Below, piece by piece: positions 39,427-53,278 of a DNA stretch of 64,000 bases. The position numbers and the translations under genes were made by a program. The notes beneath the pieces were generated by a model. It searched no databases, was not told the origin of the DNA, and was given only the letters and a program-made list of their open reading frames with translations. Positions within the stretch are counted from its first letter, which is position 1. Each line of letters starts with the position of its first letter. The stretch is taken from NCBI RefSeq assembly GCF_023055435.1, contig NW_025964361.1:15996001-16060000 (forward strand), given 5' to 3'. The stretch comes from Haliotis rufescens (taxonomy: Eukaryota).

Positions 39427-40499
39427 CATACACAGGTAAACAGACTGCCCCTGCCTTCCTGTGATTAACACAGTGCATCTGACAGACTACTTCTTGTACA
39501 CGCTTATTTCACAAACTGCTTTAAATGTGCGCGCCTAAGAATGTATGGCGTTTGACATGCGTGTCTATGCACATAGGAGACGTGTGTAATAAGGTTTATC
39601 GTATCTCTATTCAAACTGACAATTTAATGATTTCAGTGACAAGGAAACTGCATACACATAATCTTTCGATAACATGTGACACGTGTGCATTGCACTCATC
39701 TTTTATTCATATCGAACAAAGGTTTTAGATATATTTCCCATGAGTCTGCGCGCAGAGGGTAATGACAGGCGGAACCACCGCCACGTGGAGACTGGTATCA
39801 TGCATATTACTCCCTTCAGGGAGGACACAGTTAATATGAGTGGAAAAAGGTGCGCAGAGGGAAAATAACGTCCTAGATTGTACATTTCATCTAGCGCAAT
39901 GCTTGCACACGTCAGTCTGTTGCTAGGTTCGTCACGATCACTTCCTAACCTGTCTACTGCCCAGGTCAAGCTGGGGACACATGGTAGTGGGATTGGCATA
40001 TGATGCATGACAGTTGATAACATTCTTATCATACTTTTACATATGCATCCGGATAGATAGCCGTAACAGTGTTGTAAGTTTCCTCGATGTATTGAGGATA
40101 GAAAACGTCCCACGTTGAAAATTCATGTGAGAAATTTGTTATTTCAATTTCCGTGTTGCCTGGATTACGCAAAAGGTAGGTGATAATAATTGCAAGTACA
40201 ATTTTTGAGAGGTTAAATGGCTGTTCTTTCCAGGACTGGCATGCCTCTTTAGATTCTCCTTTATCGTATAAGTCTCATACATCTTCTAATTATCTTCTAT
40301 TTATGTAAGTTTTGAATATAAACAGCTCTCAACAAAAGTGGGCGTGGATGTAATATCCAAGGAATAAAGTAAATCGTTGTAGTCTTGACACTTGTAATGA
40401 TGAAGTTGTTTTATGTAAGCACTGTAAATGAAATGATGATAAAATCTATATGGTTTAGAATGACTAAATAAGCATCTGCGTCAACGCTTAATTCCAACA

Positions 40500-40670
40500 G
40501 GGGCGGTGGGGCAGACAAGTTGTTAAAGCGTTCGCTCGTCACGCCCAACACCCGGGTTCGATTCCCTACATGGGTACAATATGTGAAGCCCAATTCTGGT
40601 GTCCTCCGCCGTGATATTGCTGGAATATTGTTTCATGCGGCGTAAAACTAAACTCACTCACTGACTCACT
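40500..40670 (+). mobile_element. Full-length tRNA-derived SINE, same family as 3821..3986
   Basis: ggggcggtgggg...gttaaagcgttcgctcgtcacgcc...cccgggttcgattcc...gcggcgtaaaac...actcactcact. Confidence 0.9.
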
Positions 40671-42405
40671 AAAGTACAACAACTGTACCTGGACAGTATG
40701 TGTCACTCGACAGATTGTGTTCACATTCAGATGTCAGTGTAATTGCACGTGCTGCAACATTCTTCAAACAAGCATTCACTACATAAATTGTTTTTATATA
40801 GATGAATGTAACGTCCAGTTCTGTCGCATATGGTAACTCCAAGTAAGCTTATGTGAAGGTTCTTATGCCTTGGGTCATGTGGCCTTTATGCAAAAAACCC
40901 CACTGTCCCTCTGTCTGTCGGATTACATGCTGGTCGTCACACATTTAGCAACATGACCAAGGTTATTCTAAATTCGAAGGTATTCTAAAACCCACAAGAG
41001 CGGCCGTGTCGATGCATATCCGGTCCTACTGAACTGCACTCAGCTGTGTAAGACAATAATCAGCACCTAGGAATAGGTTAGGAACTTTCTTGTACTACAA
41101 AGGACATGTCTTTTGGGCATCGCATGCGTTGTGGAAACGTTGGCTATACTTGGTCGAAGTTTCAAATTGATCTGTCAATGCATTGAACGGAATGATCAAA
41201 TACGATCTGTGTGTTGGTATTGAGTTATTTTGCTACCTATTTTTAGGTATTTGGTGATAGATAAAATAGCTGCTACCCCATCCTGGCCAAAAGTATTAGA
41301 GTGCTCGCGAGTCCAGCCCTAGACATAATTATGTGTTCGCATGTGTAGCCCGTGAGGTGACAGCTCCCCAGCTCGTGGCTTGGGGCAATCATCTCACATC
41401 ACGATTGATGACACTGGCCACAAGTTAGTGAAGATGTTGGCGTTAGTAAAAGCATCCACGTTGAATAATTATATCCGCAACTTAGATTCCGTATATGGAA
41501 ATATACACTAGAAAAAAAACACCATGGTGTTGTACTGCAAACAGTCAGCGAGAAACTGTAACTCGTCAGTTATATAGTTAAACCCTGTTAACAATGAATA
41601 CAGTAAATGAAATGTCTGTGATAAGATGTGAATGAATGCCTCAACTGTTTTACATTGAGAAATTTCCAAAGATTAGCATCTGACATATTGCTCCAGTATG
41701 GAGCGTTTCACAACAGAGGAAGAAAATTATATCCTTCCCTTCATGCGCTAGACCACCACAGACATGTAATTAAGCATCAAAGACATTAGGCTGTGACAAG
41801 TCGCTCACCACACCACACTGTGAAGGAGAGGATTTAGTATCAGATTGTTGAACCGCGTCTCCAGCAACTTTACTATTTGCGTCTAGACACATACTTTAAC
41901 ACACGGTTTATATAGACAGTCCCTGCATGTGAGGTAGGACAATATTTTGCTTTATAACATACATGTATCCGGCTATTTACGCGATATGCCTGTCTTGGCT
42001 ACAGGCTAGTCTGCCCTTCAGCTGGACTGCCCGACAGCTATTATCTTGGATGATACATGGGATTTCCATTCCGTTTTGAATTTTTCTAACACGGATGTAA
42101 TTTTCTTCTGTATTTGATCTGATGTTGGGGAACTTCCTCGTTGACAGGAAGAGAGCATTTTTTTAGCAAACTCTCGCGCATATATGTATGTGTCTGTAAT
42201 CTGTAGATAAACATATTGAATTGAAGACTTTATTCCCAACACTGAATTTCGTCTTTTCGATGGACAGATCATGGGCAAGTCAAAACAAATAAACACATTA
42301 CGGGACAGTGAAATGTTTCGACGTTACTTAGAGGCGTTCAACTGCCTCTGGCCTCCATGTTTTAGGTCGGAACATTCGGTTCTGTATTCACTGCATTCAA
42401 TCACC

Positions 42406-44892
42406 ACGAGTCAGACGGATCCGACTTACTGACACTGCAGTCAAGTACAACTCTACGAGTCAAATGTATCCTACTGACTGACACCCTAGTCAAGTACAAC
42501 TCTACGAGTCAGATGTATCCGACTGGCTAACACGCCGGTCAAGTACAATTCTATGAGTCAGATGTATCCGAGTGACACCCCAGTCATGTACAACTCTACG
42601 AGTCAGATGTATCCTACTGGCTAACACCCCAGTCATGTACAACTCTACGAGTCAGATGTATCCGACTGGCTAACACCCCAGTCATGTACAACTCTACGAG
42701 TCTGATGGATCCAACTGGCTGACACACCGGTCATGTACAACTCTACGAGTCTGATGGATCCAACTGGCTGACACGCCGGTCAAGTACAACTCTACGAGTC
42801 TGATGGATCCAACTGGCTGACACACCGGTCATGTACAACTCTACGAGTCTGATGTATCCTACTGGCTGACACCCTAGTCAAGTACAACTCTACGAGTCAG
42901 ATGTATCCGACTGGCTGACACGCCGGTCAAGTACAACTCTACGAGTCTGATGGATCCAACTGGCTGACACCCCAGTCATGTACAACTCTATGAGTCTGAT
43001 GGATCCGGTTTGACACACCGGTCAAGTACAACTCTACGAGTCTGATGGATCCGACTGGCTGACACACCGGTCAAGTACAACTCTACGAGTCTGATGGATC
43101 CAACTGGCTGACACACCGGTCATGTACAACTCTACGAGTCTGATGGATCCTACTAGCTGACACACCGGTCATGTACAACTCTACGAGTCTGATGGATCCA
43201 ACTGGCTGACACACCGGTCAAGTACAACTCTACGAGTCTGATGTATCCTACTGGCTGACACGCCGGTCAAGTACAACTCTACGAGTCTGATGGATCCAAC
43301 TGGCTGACACATCGGTCATGTACAACTCTACGAGTCTGATGGATCCAACTGGCTGACACACCGGTCAAGTACAACTCTACGAGTCTGATGTATCCTACTG
43401 GCTGACACGCCGGTCAAGTACAACTCTACGAGTCTGATGAATCCAACTGGCTGACACACCGGTCATGTACAACTCTACGAGTCTGATGGATCCAACTGGC
43501 TGACACACCGGTCATGTACAACTCTACGAGTCTGATGGATCCAACTGGCTGACACACCGGTCATGTACAACTCTACGAGTCTGATGGATCCAACTAGCTG
43601 ACACACCGGTCATGTACAACTCTACGAGTCTGATGGATCCAACTGGCTGACACACCGGTCAAGTACAACTCTACGAGTCTGATGGATCCAACTGGCTGAC
43701 ACACCGGTCAAGTACAACTCTACGAGTCTGGTGTATCCTACTGGCTGACACACCGGTCAAGTACAACTCTACGAGTCTGATGTATCCTACTGGCTGACAA
43801 ACCGGTCAAGTACAACTCTACGAGTCTGATGTATCCTACTGGCTGACACACCGGTCATGTCCAACTCTACGAGTCTGATGGATCCAACTGGCTGACACCC
43901 CAGTCATGTACAACTCTACGAGTCTGATGTATCCTACTGGCTGACACACCGGTCATGTACAACTCTACGAGTCTGATGGATCCAACTGGCTGACACCCCA
44001 GTCATGTACAACTCTACGAGTCTGATGTATCCTACTGGCTGACACACCGGTCATGTACAACTCTACGAGTCTGATGGATCCAACTGGCTGACACACCGGT
44101 CATGTACAACTCTACGAGTCTGATGTATCCTACTGGCTGACACGCCGGTCAAGTACAACTCTACGAGTCTGATGTATCCTACTGGCTGACACACCGGTCA
44201 TGTACAACTCTACGAGTCTGATGGATCCAACTGGCTGACACACCGGTCAAGTACAACTCTATGAGTCAGATGGATCCGACTGGCTGACACCCCAGTCATG
44301 TACAACTCTACGAGTCTGATGGATCCAACTGGCTGACACACCGGTCAAGTACAACTCTACGAGTCTGATGGATCCGACTGGCTGACACGCCGGTCAAGTA
44401 CAACTCTACGAGTCTGATGTATCCTACTGGCTGACACACCGGTCATGTACAACTCTACGAGTCTGATGGATCCAACTGGCTGACACACCGGTCAAGTACA
44501 ACTCTACGAGTCTGATGGATCCAACTGGCTGACACCCCAGTCAAGTACAACTCTACGAGTCTGATGGATCCAACTGGCTGACACCCCAGTCATGTACAAC
44601 TCTACGAGTCTGATGGATCCAACTGGCTGACACACCGGTCATGTACAACTCTACGAGTCTGATGGATCCAACTGGCTGAAACACCGGTCATGTACAACTC
44701 TACGATTCTGATGGATCCGGTTTGACACACCGGTCATGTACAACTCTACGAGTCTGATGGATCCGACTGGCTGACACACCGGTCATGTACAACTCTACGA
44801 GTCTGATGTATCCTACTGGCTGACACACCGGTCAAGTACAACTCTACGAGTCTGATGGATCCGACTGGCTGACACACCGGTCAAGTACAACT
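42406..44892. repeat. 49-bp minisatellite, ~51 copies
   Basis: Unit ca(a/t)gtacaactctacgagtctgatg(g/t)atcc(a/t)actggctgacacaccggt. Confidence 0.97.
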
Positions 44893-45132
44893 TCCCTAAC
44901 AACTCCCTTGTGAAAGAGATTAGGGCCCCTGGCGAACATCATCATCGTAACTCAATACTGCTTTTGAAGTTCTAAGTACCAGTAAATACATATGTTTAAC
45001 AATTTTAGGAATCATTTGTGAACCGTGTTGTTATGTGTTTTTTGGGATCATCAAGTGACTGCCAGCCTCAATGATGACTAGGCCATATGTCATGTTTGAC
45101 ACTGCCCTATTAAAGTATACTTTAATTTGACG

Positions 45133-45133
<1 letters not shown>

Positions 45134-45206
<73 letters not shown>
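45134..45206. repeat. (TA)n microsatellite
   Basis: Direct observation. Confidence 0.97.
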
Positions 45207-45209
<3 letters not shown>

Positions 45210-46129
45210 CTGTAGGGTGACAATACGTGTGATCTACGAGACTAATGTAATTTGTCTTTGAACTTAAGAACAGGACATTTTGATAAAGAAATGGACTTTG
45301 GTACTCTATGTATTGGCTGCATGTGATAAACGGAATAAGCGAGTTCCATTCGTTTTGGACGTCAGATCATGCCTTCTGTTGTCAGGTTTTGTACAACTTG
45401 TATGGCACGGTCCCATCTAAAGAGAAACAAGGAACAATTAGAGGGTTCATACAGACTCAGCTGGCCATGTAAATATATATATTTGTAAGCACATCCCTAG
45501 CCCTAGACTCGCCGGGGCGTATATGCGATGTCATATTCTATGGTCGTTTGCTAAGGGTTATGTACAGGTGCATTACTATGTGTGTTGTATTTTTTAATTC
45601 ATTGGATGCACATCAAAGTGCATACCTGTCACATCAAAGACATTACATGTTTGCCCGACAAGACAGGTAAATCTGTCCTCGGTAATCTTCCGTATAGTTC
45701 CAATGTTAAGCAACGAGACAGAAGATGAAAGGAAGCTTGCGCCATGACTTCAACTGGGCTTAGCGACCGAACTGTTATTATCTTGACAGGATGACCATCT
45801 CATTGTCAGGTCCAAAGCATAGATACATTTCTGGAGCCAACAATAATTGACTGCTTGTATGTTTCCACTGATTCACTTATCGCGGTGCCAAGGCACGCAC
45901 ATCGTATGAGGATAATACATTTCGGGAATTGCTTGGCTTCCGTGCGCTTTAGACTAATTTGTAAACCAAACATTTATTTTGGGATTGTTGTGGTGTTTTA
46001 TTTACAATCTGACCCCCAGTGAAAGCTATTATTAGACATAACATTGACTCAACAGATTTGTGTCAAAGTCTGTCTGTGTCCCTGATCTCACGGCAACTTC
46101 GGGGGCAATCCGTCAATTAGAAACGTGTG

Positions 46130-46606
46130 TTCACAGACTGTGTCGCTTCACAGATCGTAACTTGGGTCAACGGTAACAGGGAAACTTGGAACACTGTGTT
46201 CAACAGACTGTCAATTCTCCCAACGTAAACTAAGGCAACCGTAACAGGGAAACTTGGAACACAGCGTTCCACAGACTGTCAATTCTCCCAACGTAAACTA
46301 AGGCAACCGTAACAGGGAAACTTGGAACACTGTGTTCTACAGACTGTCAATTCTCCCAACGTACACTAAGGCAACCGTAACAGGGAAACTTGGAACACTG
46401 TGTTCAACAGACTGTCAATTCTCCCAACGTACACTAAGGCAACCGTAACAGGGAAACTTGGAACACTGTGTTCAACAGACTGTCAATTCTCCAAACGTAC
46501 ACTAAGGCAACCGTAACAGGGAAACTTGGAACACTGTGTTCCACTGTCTGCATCGGTTCCCCAACCGTAACCTGTGAATAATAGTGAAACTTGGAACATT
46601 GTGTTT
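46130..46606. repeat. 68-bp minisatellite, ~5.5 good copies with degenerate flanks
   Basis: Unit aacagggaaacttggaacactgtgttcaacagactgtcaattctcccaacgta(a/c)actaaggcaaccgt. Confidence 0.93.
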
Positions 46607-47931
46607 CTCAGCCTACACAGGGTGACACTTTGAGCACTATTTTCGCCAGTCATAGTAAGTTTTCGCTAGTTCATGCAAACAGTTGATATACATTGCATTT
46701 TATGTGATCGCAAATTAGGTGTGACCAATGATGCAGTGGACAGGATGTGAAGAGACGGAGTTTCATCTTCATACCATATGTTTGCGTATCATCTCAGTCC
46801 CAGTTGTGTATCACAGGCACCATGTTTTAGAAACAGTTGAGCGCTATACTCACACTACATGGATGGTGGCTTTTGGGTGCTAACAATGTTGTCTTGGCAC
46901 TGTTAATAACAAGCACTCGTGAGAGGAGACAAGTTAATTGTTCAGATTGTCTGCTGGGACAACTCGGTACTTGCATGTTATGAGAGGCTAATGTCCTGTT
47001 TGTGTTGACATCCTGAGATGTTCAAAGATACACACGACCGAAGACTGAGTGGAAAATATACACGAAGCAATGATAACAATGTGTAGGAATGCTCCTGAAT
47101 AACACTTTTTACCATTTAATCCCTTGTTTCATAACATATTAACCCGAAACCGGTTAGGCAATGAATAAAAATACATATTTACTACCATCCATTCCTCTCA
47201 ATTTTGTTATGAAAGATATATCGTCCTCTTGCGTATTCCAGTATTGGTATGGTCATACAGATGCTTTGTTTTTCTGTTTTTATGTTGTGGCTTTCGCCAC
47301 TGTACCTGTTTAATCGAATATACTTCACAGTTTGGGAAAGGTGTGCAAATGTAGGGAAAAATCCCAATAAACGTTATTTTCAAACCAAATGACGTCTAAC
47401 AAAGGTGAAACAAAAGCTGATACTTTGAAATCCTTCTTTACACTGCTCATTGTTTACCGACCGGACTTGTTGACTCGGAACAAGAAAAGCGCTCGCTATT
47501 TGCCGATGTTTGCCGATGACGTAAGTGTGAGTCGCCGATGTTTGCCGAAGTAATAGCCATAAACCGCTGTCACGGCCGTGGTAGTTTTTCAATGTAGTGA
47601 CGAAGGTCTAAGTCGCTGACATACGGGACTTGAGGTTTAGTGTGAAATCAGATATCAAGGGCTACATTACCTAAATCTATAGCTTCGGGTTCAGCCAGAA
47701 ATTGTTGCACTTGGCTTACGTCTTCTCTGGGGTAAGTTTTCAAGATAATGTCAATATGTCATTTAGCACTTGATTAACGGAGCTATAACAATTGTGTTGT
47801 ACTGGTTGATGCGCTAAGGTCGGAGTATAGTTTTTTGTATGACATGCATTTTGATGATAAATGTTGAACCCCCGACCCAGGGGAAACAAATCCTGACATG
47901 TTTTCTGATGCATTGACATGTTGACATTTTA

Positions 47932-48027
47932 TGTCATGAGGATATGTAATACATGGTTACAATGCATCTCTGCTTTTGTCATGAGGATATGTAATACATG
48001 GTTACAATGCATCTCTGCTTTTGTCAT
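47932..48027. repeat. 45-bp tandem duplication
   Basis: tgtcatgaggatatgtaatacatggttacaatgcatctctgcttt x2. Confidence 0.9.
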
Positions 48028-48129
48028 CGTATGCCCCCCTGTTTCACAATTCACGGTCTGTTCTTGTTTAACAGTTTTGTCTCACAAACATATTCTGTCT
48101 GTTGTCAATTCACGAAACCAGTTTCATGT

Positions 48130-48375
48130 AACGTGATCTGCCGTTGTCAATATGTTCTCCCTTGTTTTATGAAAAGTGATCTGTTATGGTCAACATATAC
48201 TCACTTGTTTGATGAAACGTGATCTGTTATGGTCAACATATACTCACTTGTTTTATGAAACGTGATCTGTTATGGTCAACATATACTCCCTTGTTTTATG
48301 AAACGTGATCTGTTATGGTCAACATATACTCACTTGTTTGATGAAACGCGATCTGCTGTGGTCAGTATGTTCTCA
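48130..48375. repeat. 43-bp minisatellite, ~5.5 copies
   Basis: Unit gaaacgtgatctgttatggtcaacatatactcacttgttttat. Confidence 0.9.
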
Positions 48376-48498
48376 TTATGTTTAAGGGAACTCCATCTGT
48401 TTAAGGAGTAAAATGAAGACACGGTCGAACTGTTTGTTCGTTACGTATAAGCATGGCTTAACTGACACTACTACCCATAGAAGAAGAATTGTGAGTGA

Positions 48499-50262
48499 TC
48501 ATGATTGAATGGGTTGGGATGAGAGTTGTTGACTAGTCATGGTTGAATGGGTTAGGATGAGAGTTGTTGACTTGTCATGATTGAATGGGTTAGGATAAGA
48601 GTTGTTGACTTGTCATGATTGAATGGGTTAGGATGAGAGTTGTTGACTCGTCATGGTTGAATGGGTTAGGATGAGAGTTGTTGACTTGTCATGATTGAAT
48701 GGGTTAGGATGAGAGTTGTTGACTCGTCATGATTGAATGGATTAGGATGAGAGTTGTTGACTATTCATGGTTGAATGGGTTAAGATGAGAGTTGTTGACT
48801 TGTCATGATTGAATGGGTTAGGATGAGAGTTGTTGACTTGTCATGATTGAATGGATTAGGATGAGAGTTGTTGACTAGTCATGGTTGAATGGGTTAGGAT
48901 GAGAGTTGTTGACTTGTCATGATTGAATGGATTAGGATGAGAGTTGTTGACTCGTCATGGTTGAATGGGTTAGGATGAGAGTTGTTGACTTGTCATGATT
49001 GAATGGGTTAGGATGAGAGTTGTTGACTCGTCATGATTGAATGGGTTAGGATGAGAGTTGTTGACTTGTCATGATTGAATGGATTAGGATGAGAGTTGTT
49101 GACTAGTCATGGTTGAATGGGTTAGGATGAGAGTTGTTGACTTGTCATGATTGAATGGGTTAGGATGAGAGTTGTTGACTCGTCATGATTGAATGGGTTA
49201 GGATGAGAGTTGTTGACTTGTCATGATTGAATGGGTTAGGATGAGAGTTGTTGACTTGTCATGATTGAATTGGTTGGGATGAGAGTTGTTGACTAGTCAT
49301 GGTTGAATGGGTTAGGATGAGAGTTGTTGACTCGTCATGATTGAATGGGTAAGGATGAGAGTTGTTGACTTGTCATGATTGAATGGGTTAGGATGAGAGT
49401 TGTTGACTTGTCATGATTGAATGGGTTAGGATGAGAGTTGTTGACTAGTCATGGTTGAATGGGTTAGGATGAGAGTTGTTGACTTGTCATGATTGAATGG
49501 GTAAGGATGAGAGTTGTTGACTCGTCATGATTGAATGGATTAGGATGAGAGTTGTTGACTGGTCATGGTTGAATGGGTTAGGATGAGAGTTGTTGACTTG
49601 TCATGATTGAATGGGTTAGGATGAGAGTTGTTGACTCGTCATGATTGAATGGATTAGGATGAGAGTTGTTGACTAGTCATGGTTGAATGGGTTAGGATGA
49701 GAGTTGTTGACTTGTCATGATTGAATGGATTAGGATGAGAGTTGTTGACTCGTCATGATTGAATGGGTTAGGATGAGAGTTGTTGACTTGTCATGATTGA
49801 ATGGGTTAGGATGAGAGTTGTTGTCTTGTCATGATTGAATTGGTTGGGATGAGAGTTGTTGACTAGTCATGGTTGAATGGGTTAGGATGAGAGTTGTTGA
49901 CTCGTCATGATTGAATGGGTAAGGATGAGAGTTGTTGACTTGTCATGATTGAATGGGTTAGGATGAGAGTTGTTGACTTGTCATGATTGAATGGGTTAGG
50001 ATGAGAGTTGTTGACTTGTCATGATTGAATGGGTTAGGATGAGAGTTGTTGACTTGTCATGATTGAATCGGTTGGGATGAGAGTTGTTGACTTGTCATGA
50101 TTGAATGGGTTAGGATGAGAGTTGTTGACTCGTCATGATTGAATGGGTTAGGATGAGAGTTGTTGACTAGTCATGGTTGAATGGGTTAGGATGAGAGTTG
50201 TTGACTTGTCATGATTGAACTGGTTAGGACGAGAGTTGTTGACTAGTCATGATTGAATGGGT
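48499..50262. repeat. 38-bp minisatellite, ~46 copies
   Basis: Unit tcatgattgaatgggttaggatgagagttgttgact(t/c/a)g. Confidence 0.97.
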
Positions 50263-50266
50263 CCTT

Positions 50267-50410
50267 TGCTGAACTGTAGTGGGACTTGTACTGAACTGTG
50301 CTCGGTCTTGTACTGATATATGCTCGGTCTGGTACTGAACTGTGCTCGGTCTTGTACTGAACTGTGCTCAGTCTTGTACTGAACTGTGGTGGGATTAGTA
50401 CGGAACTATG
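50267..50410. repeat. 22-bp degenerate repeat, ~6 copies, abutting the 38-bp array
   Basis: Unit tgtactgaactgtgctcggtct. Confidence 0.85.
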
Positions 50411-51161
50411 ATTAGACTACTGACCTGTCAAAGGATCAGTCCTGACTAATTCATTTGATTACACCTGTCGTCACTTTGACCCCAAGCTGTTGACCATTTG
50501 TTTGGCCCCGTTTCTGCGTTTACCGCTGCTCGTGTGCATACAGTTTTGTAACATTTAACACCTTCCTTGTACACTAATAATCCATTTTTTACCGTGCATG
50601 TTATTTATTTTCTTCCATCAGAATATAGCAATTAATGATAGGGTGTGCTGCCTATGACCATAGGCGGTATACGTGACATTGATGAAAGCTAACCGACATT
50701 CTACTTACTGTTCTTCTTTCCTGCATATTTGATTTCAAAAGCCATTGCATCGTTCCATACACACATTTATAATAAATACGATATATCCATTGACTGAACG
50801 CCAATGTTATGGGCACCAATTGGTCAGTAATAACCAGCGTCTGTGTTGCGTGTCAATATATACCGTGTAGTTAGCCAGCTGTTTTTAACGTTGTAGGAAA
50901 TAATGCGGCTTCCTCACGGATGCTACGTGCTTTACTCCCACGGATGAGGCTGCATTTAAGACAAGTTCCTTTTCTGGAAACTATGACATTTCACAGTTGG
51001 TCTCAAAATGACAACCACTCTAAGATAAAAGTGTCTTTCAAAATATTCCGTACGCCTATTTCATATAATGTTCCCGAAACATTACACACACCGTCGAATA
51101 GGCCAAAAACAACAATGTAAAAAGCATGTGTATAGTACAGACAATTAAGTAGTTCAATACG

Positions 51162-53278
51162 TATACGACTCACACCCTACCACACCAGTCTATACAACCT
51201 CACACAACCTACCACACCAGTATATACAACCTCACAGACCCTACCACACCGGTATATACAACCTCACACACCCTACCACACCAGTATATACAACCTCACA
51301 CACTCTACCACACCAGGCTATACAACCTCACACACCATACCACGCCAGTATATACAACCTCACACATCATACCACACCAGTATATACAACCTCACACCCC
51401 CTACCACACCAGTCTATACAACCTCACACACCATACCACACCAGTATATACAACCTCAAACACCCTACCACACCAGTATATACAACCTCACACACCCTAC
51501 CACACCAGTATATACAACCTCATACACCCTACCACACCAGTATATACAACCTCACACACCCTACCACACCAGTATATACAACCTCACACACACTACCACA
51601 TCAGTCTATGCAACCTCACACTCCCTACCACACCAGACTATACAACCTCACACACCCTACCACACCAGACTATACAACCTTACACACCCTACCACACCAG
51701 TATATTCAACCTCACACACCCTACCACACCAGTCTATACAACCTCACACACCCTACCACACCAGTATATACAACCTCACACACACTACCAAACCAGTCTA
51801 TACAACCTCACACACCCTACCACACCAGTATATACAACCTCACACACCCTACCACACCAGTCTATACAACCTCACACACCATACCACACGAGCATACACA
51901 ACCTCACACACCCTACCACACCAGTCTATACAACCTCACACAACATACCACGCCAGTATATACAACCTCACATAACCAACCACACCAGTATATACAACCT
52001 CACACATCATACCACACCAGTATATACAACCTCACACAACCAACCAAATCAGTATATACAACCTCACACACCCTACCACACCAGTCTATACAACCTCACA
52101 CACCCTACCACACCAGTATATACAACCTCACGGAACCAACCACACCAATATATACAACCTCACACATCATACCACACCAGTATATACAACCTCACACACC
52201 CTACCACACCAGTATATACAACCTCACACACCCTACCACACCAGTATATACAACCTCACTGCCCCTACCACACCAGTCTATACAACCTCACACACCCTAC
52301 CACACCAGTATATACAACCACACACTCTACCACACCAGTATATACAACCTCACACACCCTACAACACCAGTATATACAACCTCATACACCCTACCACACC
52401 AGTATATACAACCTCACACACCATACCACACCAGTATATACAACCTCACACAACATACCACACCAGTATATACAACCTCACACACCCTACCACACCAGTA
52501 TATACAACCTCACACACCCTACCACACCAGTCTATACAACCTCACACACCCTACCACACCAGTCTATACAACCTCACACACCCTACCACACCAGTCTATA
52601 CAACCTCACATACCCTACCACACCAGTCTATACAACCTCATACACCATACCACACCAGTATATACAACCTCACACAACATACCACACCAGTATATACAAC
52701 CTCAAACACCCAACCACACAAGTATATACAACCTCACATGCCCTACCACACCAGTATATACAACCTCACACACCATACCACACAAGTATAAACAACCTCA
52801 CACAACCTACCACACCACTATATACAACCTCACACAACCTACCAAACCAGTATATACAACCTCACACACCCTATCACACCAGTCTATACAACCTCACACA
52901 CCCTACCACACCAGTATATACAACCTCCCGAAACCTACCACACCAGTATATACAACCTCACACACCCTACCACACCAGTATATACAACCTCACACACCCA
53001 ACCACACCAGTATATACAACCTCACACAACCTACCACACCAGTATATACAACCTCACACACCCTACCACACCAGTATATACAACCTCACACGTCCTACCA
53101 CACCAGTACATGGAACCTCACACACCATACCACACCAGTCTATACAACCTCACATACCCTACCTCACCAGTCTATACAACCTCACACACCCTACCACACC
53201 AGTCTATACAACCTCACACACCTGACCACACCAGTATATACAACCTCACACTCCCTACCACACCAGTCTATACAACTA
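51162..53278. repeat. 32-bp C/A-rich minisatellite, ~66 copies
   Basis: Unit tatacaacctcacacaccctaccacaccagt(a/c); source of the 586-aa T/H/P/Y ORF. Confidence 0.96.

Noticed and set aside
48499-50262. Interstitial telomeric repeat (gggttagg in each unit)
   Set aside because: Only one partial TTAGG per 38-bp unit and no (TTAGGG)n run.
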